In this document: positions 57,703-64,000 of the stretch, piece by piece
Numbering within the stretch: position 1 is the stretch's first letter
Layout: the number at the start of each line of letters is the position of its first letter
Assembly: GCA_047285535.1 (NCBI GenBank)
Contig: JBJBDC010000001.1
Location: 2,272,136-2,336,135 of the forward strand
Reading direction: 5' to 3'
DNA length: 64,000 nucleotides
Source: Synechococcus sp.
GTDB lineage: Bacteria; Cyanobacteriota; Cyanobacteriia; PCC-6307; Cyanobiaceae
Position numbers and translations under genes: made by a program
The notes under the pieces: generated by a model
What the model was told of the DNA's origin: nothing
Database searches by the model: none
Seen by the model: only the letters and a program-made list of their open reading frames with translations

Positions 57703-58710
57703 ATGGCCCCTGCTGCAGCTCTTGCTTCACGCCCAGCCTCTGCCTCCACGGGTCGAGGCTCCGGCGCTGAAGTTGACCTTGTGCGTTCGTATTTGCGTGA
57801 TATTGGCCGAGTGCCGTTGTTGAGCCATCAACAGGAAATCACGCTGGGTCGCCAGGTGCAGGAGTTGATGGAACTTGAGTTGTTAGAAGCGGAATTGAAG
57901 GATCAATGTGGGGGTGAGGAGGTGCCACGAGAGGTGGTGGCCAAAGCTGCTGGAGTGAGTGCAGCGCAACTGAAGCGAAAACTGCAAGTGGGTCGACGTG
58001 CGAAAGAGCGGATGGTGGCGGCGAACCTGAGGCTGGTGGTGAGCGTGGCTAAGAAATACACGAAGAGAAATATGGAGCTGCTGGATTTAATCCAGGAGGG
58101 AACCATTGGTTTAGTGCGTGGTGTGGAGAAATTTGACCCCACGCGTGGGTACAAATTCAGCACCTATGCGTATTGGTGGATTCGTCAGGGAATCACGCGT
58201 GCGATTGCGGAGAAGAGCCGAACGATTCGCTTGCCGATTCACATCACAGAGATGTTGAACAAGCTGAAGAAAGGACAGCGTGAATTGAGTCAGGAGCTGG
58301 GACGAACACCATCGGTGACGGAACTGGCGTCGTTTGTGGAACTTCCAGAAGAGGAGGTGAAAGAACTGATGTGCCGTGCGCGCCAGCCGGTGAGTTTGGA
58401 GATGAAGGTGGGTGATGGAGACGACACGGAATTGTTGGAGTTGCTGTCAGGAGATGCAGCACTGCCGTCGGAACAGGTGGAAGGGGAATGCTTAAAGGGA
58501 GATCTGGGAGATCTGTTGTGTCAGCTGCCTGAGTTGCAAGGGAAAGTGCTGCGGATGCGTTACGGGATGGACGGCGAGGAGCCGATGAGCCTCACAGGAA
58601 TTGGTCGCATCATTGGCATTAGTCGTGACCGCGTGCGCAATCTTGAGCGTGATGGTCTGGCTGGTTTGCGTCGCCTGAGTGATCAAGTAGAGGCTTACGT
58701 TGCTAGTTGA
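57703..58710 (+). CDS. RpoD-like sigma-70 factor, probably group 2
   Basis: YLRDIGRVPLL, ANLRLVVSVAKKY, DLIQEG and KFSTYAYWWIRQ. Confidence 0.93.
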   Translation: MAPAAALASRPASASTGRGSGAEVDLVRSYLRDIGRVPLLSHQQEITLGRQVQELMELELLEAELKDQCGGEEVPREVVAKAAGVSAAQLKRKLQVGRRAKERMVAANLRLVVSVAKKYTKRNMELLDLIQEGTIGLVRGVEKFDPTRGYKFSTYAYWWIRQGITRAIAEKSRTIRLPIHITEMLNKLKKGQRELSQELGRTPSVTELASFVELPEEEVKELMCRARQPVSLEMKVGDGDDTELLELLSGDAALPSEQVEGECLKGDLGDLLCQLPELQGKVLRMRYGMDGEEPMSLTGIGRIIGISRDRVRNLERDGLAGLRRLSDQVEAYVAS

Positions 58711-59645
58711 TTGATGATGAATAGCAATTGTTGATTGACAGCTTCTGGTGATTCGTCGTGCGGGCAGTGACCCGCATGAGGAATCACCAAAAATGACTTG
58801 ATGCAATCAAATTGTTGTTCCCATCGCTGGGCCTCATTGAGCGGTTCCCAGGGATCAAGTTCGCCCCAAATTAGATGTACTGGAACGGCAAGATTGATGA
58901 GTAATTCAGGTGCCAAGTGATCATCAAACAGGTTGATGAATCCTCGGAACGCTTCTGTTGCCCCATCTCTTTGACTCGGCTCAAATAGCAGAGACACCAG
59001 CTCCTCATCGACATTATTGCCGCTGGGATAGGCCTGGGTTAAGACACTTTTAATCAGTGCTGGCCTTGCAGCGTTGCGAAACAAGGCGGTACTCAGCCAT
59101 CGCTGACGAACCAACGTTTTGAGCAGTGGACGGATCCAGGTCATCCAGGCGGGTTGCCTGGCCAATTGTTTGTCATCCATCTGCCTCTGTGCACAGTCGA
59201 TTAGCACGACGTTTTTGCAATGGTCGGAGCCAAGGAGTTGGGCTGTTCTTAGTGCTACAACCCCACCGATTGAATTGCCAACGAGTACTACGGGGCGGTC
59301 AATGACGTCGAAGCAAAAATCGGCAACTTGTTGGGCCCAGAGATCAAAACCGTACTGAACGGTTAACGCTTGTGTGGATTGATCTTCGGTGGATTCATGC
59401 TTCAGCTGAGCCCTGGGCTGATCACTCCTCCCGAAGCCCAGCAGGTCGATGGCATAGGTGGGAGCGAATTCGGCGAGAACAGGTTGATTGAAGCGCCAAT
59501 GATTCGTGTTGGCTCCGAAACCGTGGATCAGAAGCACTGCTGTCGGTGCCGATCGATCTCCAATCAGCGTCCAGCCAATTTGGTGGGACTTCCACGTCCA
59601 GAGAGCCTGTTTCGGAGAAGGAGTGAGCTCCATCCGATGAGTCAA
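58695..59645 (-). CDS. Alpha/beta-fold hydrolase
   Basis: HGFGA, DLLGFG, GNSIGG nucleophile elbow and GHCPHDE. Confidence 0.92.
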   Translation of the reverse strand: MTHRMELTPSPKQALWTWKSHQIGWTLIGDRSAPTAVLLIHGFGANTNHWRFNQPVLAEFAPTYAIDLLGFGRSDQPRAQLKHESTEDQSTQALTVQYGFDLWAQQVADFCFDVIDRPVVLVGNSIGGVVALRTAQLLGSDHCKNVVLIDCAQRQMDDKQLARQPAWMTWIRPLLKTLVRQRWLSTALFRNAARPALIKSVLTQAYPSGNNVDEELVSLLFEPSQRDGATEAFRGFINLFDDHLAPELLINLAVPVHLIWGELDPWEPLNEAQRWEQQFDCIKSFLVIPHAGHCPHDESPEAVNQQLLFIINQLAT

Positions 59646-62600
59646 ACCATTGTGGACTTCTCAGTGCTGCTGTTGCTTGGCGAGAAAAGCTTGCTCTCTA
59701 GGTTCTTGATCAGCACATAAAACGGGGGAACAACAACAAGAGAGAGCGCGGTGGCCACGATCAATCCTCCAAAGATGACGGTGCCAAGCGCCTGTTGCGC
59801 AGAAGCTCCGGCACCGTTGGCGACCACCAGCGGGAGAAAGCCGGCTAACGCTGCAACTGCAGTCATCAGGATTGGGCGAAGTCGCGATTCGGCTGATTCC
59901 ATCACAGCGTCAACGGTACTTTTTCCTTGCTTGAGCTTTTGTTCTGCGACCTCCACGATCAAGATTCCGTTCTTGGCGGCCAGACCAATCAGGGTGACCA
60001 AGCCAATTTGTGCATAGATGTTCAGATCGATGGAGCGGAACGCTAGAAACGCGAGAGCACCAAGCATGGCGAGGGGCACGGTTGCCAGAATGATGATTGG
60101 AGTGATGTAACTCTCGTACTGTGCTGAGAGAACGAGATACACAAAGAGAATCCCAAGTCCAAACACCAAGATGCTTGCGCTTCCAGCGGACAGTTGCAGC
60201 GCTGCGAGACCGGTGAAGGCTGAACCGATATTGGTGTAGTTCTGTGCAGTGAACAGTTGCTGGATTGTGGCCAAGGCCTGACCACTACTCTTCCCAATCG
60301 CTTGAGCGCCTTGGATCAGCACGGTGCGGCTCAAGTTGTAGTGGGCGATCACCGGTGGCGCGCTGCTGAGTTCGGCTTCGGCGAATTGCGAAACCTGGAC
60401 TAGGTCGCCATCTCTCGATGGAACATAGAAGCTAAGAATGTCGTCGATGTTCTCTCTCTCTTCAGGTGTGCCCTGAACATAGATGTTGCGCACCTGACCA
60501 CTTTCGTAGGTCAGCCCTGAGAAATTGCTACCCGCCAGAGCGGCAATGCTGTCCATCGCTGCCTTGTATTCGACGTTCAGGGCACCCATCACCTCTCGAT
60601 TCACTTTGAGGCCGATCGCTGGAGAGCTGGGGTTGAATTGGGTGTAAATGTTGGAAAAGTCACCACTTGCATTGGCCTTCTTGATCAGTTGGCCAGCCAA
60701 ATCAGAGAGTTCGTTGAAGGTGTAGGCCCCGTTGCTGAGATCGTTGAACTGGAAGTAGAAACCTCCTTGGGGGGAGAATCCAGGGACCGCTGGTGGGCCT
60801 GAAGCTCTAGCCAGGCCGTCGCTTAATTGGATTAACTTTGCATTGAGTCGATTCACAATGGCTTCTGAACTATGTTCAGCGCCTTTTCGTTCTTCCAAAG
60901 GCAGGAGGCCGAAGAAAAAGATGCCCTGATCAGGGCTGGAGCCGTTGAAGCCGGCTCCGGCGACAATTGACGCGTTGGCTACATCTTCTTCTTCACTCAG
61001 AACTTTGGCAATTTGAGCCCCGAGTTTTTTGGTCTCGACCAGTGAAGCCCCGTTTTGCAGTTGGAAGACTCCCATGCCATAGCCTTGATCCTGATCCGGG
61101 ATGAAGGCTGTAGGAAGGGTGGTAAATGCAAAGCCAGTCATCACGATGCCGATGACTAATCCAGTGAGTACCAAAGTGCGTGCTCGGATCACCCGTTTGA
61201 GGATGTTGGCGTAGGTGTTTTCGAGACGCTCGAAGTTGCGGTTAAAAACCCTGAAGACCAGGGGCAGGTTCGCTCCAACGAGGGCGCCGATCACAATGCC
61301 GGCGATATAAGTCCAGTTGCCGAAGGAAGCAGAACTGAAGCGTCCAAAGGCCAAGCCGACGATCACTCCTACAACAATCCAACTGCGTCCCTTTGGTTCC
61401 GGTGGTTTTGTCTTCGGAAGGATCAAACCGGAGAGCATTGGAGAAAACGTCAGCGCATTAAAGGCAGAAATGGCAACAGAAAAGGCGATCGTGAGTGCGA
61501 ACTGCTTGTAGATAATTCCGGTTCCACCGGGATAAAACGCAACGGGTACAAACACCGCCATTAAAACCAGGGCTGTGGCCAGCAGTGCACCGAAGAGCTC
61601 GCCCATACAAGCCAGGGCGGCCTCACGGGGTTTCATGCCGTTTTCGATATTGGTAGAGACGGCTTCGATCACCACGATGGCGTCATCGACAACGAGTCCT
61701 GTTGCTAGAACGAGACCCAGCAAGGTGAGTTGATTGATCGAAAAGCCGAAGATATTGAGGAATGCGAATGTTCCCACCAGAGAAATGGGAATGGCCAGGC
61801 TGGGTACAACGGTGGCTCGCCAGTTCTGGAGGAAAAGAAACAGGATGATCAGGACCAGCACGATGGCAAGACCAAGCGCATCAATGACGCCATCAACGGA
61901 TGATTTGATGAACTGGCCGATGTCATAAATTTGATTAACAGTGACCCCAGGAGGCACGGTTGTCTTGAATTGGTTGATTGTTTCCACGACCGCTTGAGAG
62001 ACGTCAAGGGCATTACTTGAGGGCGTCTGATAGACAGCTACGGTGAGTGCTTCTTGCCCCTTTTTGTTCATCGCTTGTACAGAGAAAGTGTTAGTGCCAT
62101 AGCGGACTTCTCCTACATCTTTCAGTTTGAGCAAATTACCCAAAGGCGAGCGATTTATGATCAGATTGTTGAAATCATCGATGGAAATAAGGTTGCCATT
62201 GTTCTCCACTACAATTGGATATGTGTAAGCCTGATCACCAGAGGCAGGAGGCCCTCCTACCAGGCCGCCAACAGCAATACTGTTTTGGGCCTTCACTGCA
62301 TTGATAACTTTTTCGGAGGTGAGTTTGTTGGCGGCGAGTTTGTTGGGATCGATAAAGAGCCAGAAGGCTGGATTGGCTCCTCCATAGACATTGACCGTGG
62401 CGACCCCTTCTACCCGTGACAGTGGGTAATACAGTTGTTCATAGATAAGTCCATTTAAGTAAGCAGCATCAAATTGCCCTTTGGTGGAACTGACCTCGTA
62501 GGCGAGAAGGATCGAGGGGTTGCTTTGCTTGACGGATACGCCTGTTTCAGTCACCTTTTGCGGCAGCTGGGGGTTGGCCAGACTCACCCGGTTTTGAACA

Positions 62601-62923
62601 TTGACCTGATCAATATCGATATCGGTTGTTTGGTCGAAATAGACATTGATTGTGCTGTTGCCCGTCATGTCTGTGTTGGAGGAGATGTAGCTGACCCCAG
62701 GGACTCCGTTGATCTGTTGTTCCAAGGGATTGGTGACCGCTTGTTCGGTTACTTCAGCGTTCGCACCTCCATAGTTCGCGACAACCTGGATTTCAGGATT
62801 AGCGATGTTTGGCAGATAGGCAATTGGCAGGATCGGGATTGAGATCACTCCGACCAGCACAATCAAAATGCTGCAGACAGTGGTTAGAACTGGCCGCTTG
62901 ATGAAATTGTCAGAGAAGGACAT
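59642..62923 (-). CDS. RND efflux permease (AcrB/HAE1 type)
   Basis: FIKRPV, GLVVDDAIVV, AKNGILIVE and RLRPILMT; ATG 62923. Confidence 0.96.
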   Translation of the reverse strand: MSFSDNFIKRPVLTTVCSILIVLVGVISIPILPIAYLPNIANPEIQVVANYGGANAEVTEQAVTNPLEQQINGVPGVSYISSNTDMTGNSTINVYFDQTTDIDIDQVNVQNRVSLANPQLPQKVTETGVSVKQSNPSILLAYEVSSTKGQFDAAYLNGLIYEQLYYPLSRVEGVATVNVYGGANPAFWLFIDPNKLAANKLTSEKVINAVKAQNSIAVGGLVGGPPASGDQAYTYPIVVENNGNLISIDDFNNLIINRSPLGNLLKLKDVGEVRYGTNTFSVQAMNKKGQEALTVAVYQTPSSNALDVSQAVVETINQFKTTVPPGVTVNQIYDIGQFIKSSVDGVIDALGLAIVLVLIILFLFLQNWRATVVPSLAIPISLVGTFAFLNIFGFSINQLTLLGLVLATGLVVDDAIVVIEAVSTNIENGMKPREAALACMGELFGALLATALVLMAVFVPVAFYPGGTGIIYKQFALTIAFSVAISAFNALTFSPMLSGLILPKTKPPEPKGRSWIVVGVIVGLAFGRFSSASFGNWTYIAGIVIGALVGANLPLVFRVFNRNFERLENTYANILKRVIRARTLVLTGLVIGIVMTGFAFTTLPTAFIPDQDQGYGMGVFQLQNGASLVETKKLGAQIAKVLSEEEDVANASIVAGAGFNGSSPDQGIFFFGLLPLEERKGAEHSSEAIVNRLNAKLIQLSDGLARASGPPAVPGFSPQGGFYFQFNDLSNGAYTFNELSDLAGQLIKKANASGDFSNIYTQFNPSSPAIGLKVNREVMGALNVEYKAAMDSIAALAGSNFSGLTYESGQVRNIYVQGTPEERENIDDILSFYVPSRDGDLVQVSQFAEAELSSAPPVIAHYNLSRTVLIQGAQAIGKSSGQALATIQQLFTAQNYTNIGSAFTGLAALQLSAGSASILVFGLGILFVYLVLSAQYESYITPIIILATVPLAMLGALAFLAFRSIDLNIYAQIGLVTLIGLAAKNGILIVEVAEQKLKQGKSTVDAVMESAESRLRPILMTAVAALAGFLPLVVANGAGASAQQALGTVIFGGLIVATALSLVVVPPFYVLIKNLESKLFSPSNSSTEKSTMV

Positions 62924-62927
62924 TGGC

Positions 62928-64000
62928 TCAGTTGGCTCCCGTTGCGACCTTGACCGGCATGCCACTGCGCAGGCGACTTGTATTGCTCACTGCCACCTTG
63001 TCCCCAGTCTTGAGTCCCGAAATCACGGGATAGAGGTTGTTCTGTAATGGTCCAAGCTTGACTGGGGTTTGAAACACCATCGGAGTGTTCCCAGGAAGCT
63101 TTTCCAGTTTTTTCAACTCTTGATCCGTCGTATTGGGTGAGCTTTTGATCTTCGGCAGTGCCTTGCTGATGGGCACAACCCTGTAAACGAAAGGTTGTTG
63201 AGCTTGCATCATCACGGCCTGCACTGGTACAGCCAGACTTTGACTCGTTCCCGTGATGATCGTGGAGGCCACGTACTGGCCAGTTTTTAATTGTCCGGTG
63301 AGATTGGGGAATTCCGCCTTCACCGTCATTGTGTTGGGTGGGTTGCCGTTTTGGCTGAATGCGAAGTAAGGAGATATAAAGGTGATTTTCCCTTCACCTG
63401 TGATCTGGGGGGTGGATTGGGATGCAACTTTCACAGTTTGCCCCACTTTGACTTGGGAGGCTTGGGATGACGGAATGTCCATCAATGTCCAGAGCGTGGA
63501 GTTGTCCACGATCCCTGTGATGGCTTGTCCAGTTGTGACGTAGTCCCCGAGCTTTACGGTATCGAGATCCCCGACCACACCATCAATTGGAGAGCGTACA
63601 AATTTATAGTTAAGAGTGGCTTTGTCAGCAATGGCCTGATCCCGTGCTTTGATCGCCTTTGTGGCATAGAAATCACGATCCATGGCCGAGGCGGCGCCTT
63701 GTTCGTAAAGGTATTGAAAACGCTCCGCATTCACAAAGCTGTTTCGAGCTGCTGATTGTGAAGTATTGAGCTGAGCGCTATCTTGCGTGTTATCGAGAAC
63801 AAGAATCACTTGCCCTGCTTGTACTCGATCTCCCTCCCTAACAAGCTTTTTGATTACTCGTCCATCGGTCTCAGGGCTTAACACCACATTGGTGGTGGAC
63901 TCGAGCGGGCTAATGGCTCTGATGCTTGGCGCGAAGGTGCTTTCGGAGATTGTCGCGGTCTTGATGGATAAAAAGGTATGACCGGCCTTTTTGCTTTGAC
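62928..64000 (-). CDS. RND periplasmic adaptor (membrane fusion protein); 5' end lies beyond the window
   Basis: VREGDRVQAGQ and VRSPIDGVV lipoyl-like halves; frame stays open to the window edge. Confidence 0.92.
   Translation of the reverse strand, partial: QSKKAGHTFLSIKTATISESTFAPSIRAISPLESTTNVVLSPETDGRVIKKLVREGDRVQAGQVILVLDNTQDSAQLNTSQSAARNSFVNAERFQYLYEQGAASAMDRDFYATKAIKARDQAIADKATLNYKFVRSPIDGVVGDLDTVKLGDYVTTGQAITGIVDNSTLWTLMDIPSSQASQVKVGQTVKVASQSTPQITGEGKITFISPYFAFSQNGNPPNTMTVKAEFPNLTGQLKTGQYVASTIITGTSQSLAVPVQAVMMQAQQPFVYRVVPISKALPKIKSSPNTTDQELKKLEKLPGNTPMVFQTPVKLGPLQNNLYPVISGLKTGDKVAVSNTSRLRSGMPVKVATGAN

Overview
This window is chromosomal DNA from a marine picocyanobacterium; gene order and protein sequences look like marine Synechococcus. 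About 8.6-64 kb is conserved housekeeping backbone: mrdA, sqdX-sqdB, psb34, thiG, rplT-rpmI, dnaX, clpX-clpP-tig, asd-dapA-rnj, tilS, uvrB, lysC, holA, cobH, mutS, psbZ-ribH, tRNA-Gly(GCC), secA, cysE, infC, miaA, gyrB, two fluC/crcB, gpx, mgtE, a sigma-70 factor and an RND pump. The first ~8.5 kb is accessory. It holds a ~6.1-kb decayed integrative element in the 3' end of guaA, bounded by a GAGTGGGAATA direct repeat (325-335 and 6405-6415). Both of its recombinase systems (tyrosine and serine type) are broken, but its four-gene cargo operon is intact: O-carbamoyltransferase, SxtJ-like membrane protein, a 53-aa SxtK/DUF5989-like micropeptide missing from the ORF track, and a membrane-anchored SGNH protein. 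The micropeptide ends in FIYSIF, matching the C-terminal Tyr acyl-shuttle motif of DltX-type peptides. This suggests an MBOAT-free pathway that carbamoylates a cell-surface polymer, which is a hypothesis rather than an established function. An AT-rich FkbM methyltransferase gene lies just outside attR, and a CsgG/HfaB-like pseudogene lies between lysC and holA. All family calls come from motif recognition by eye; no database searches were run.
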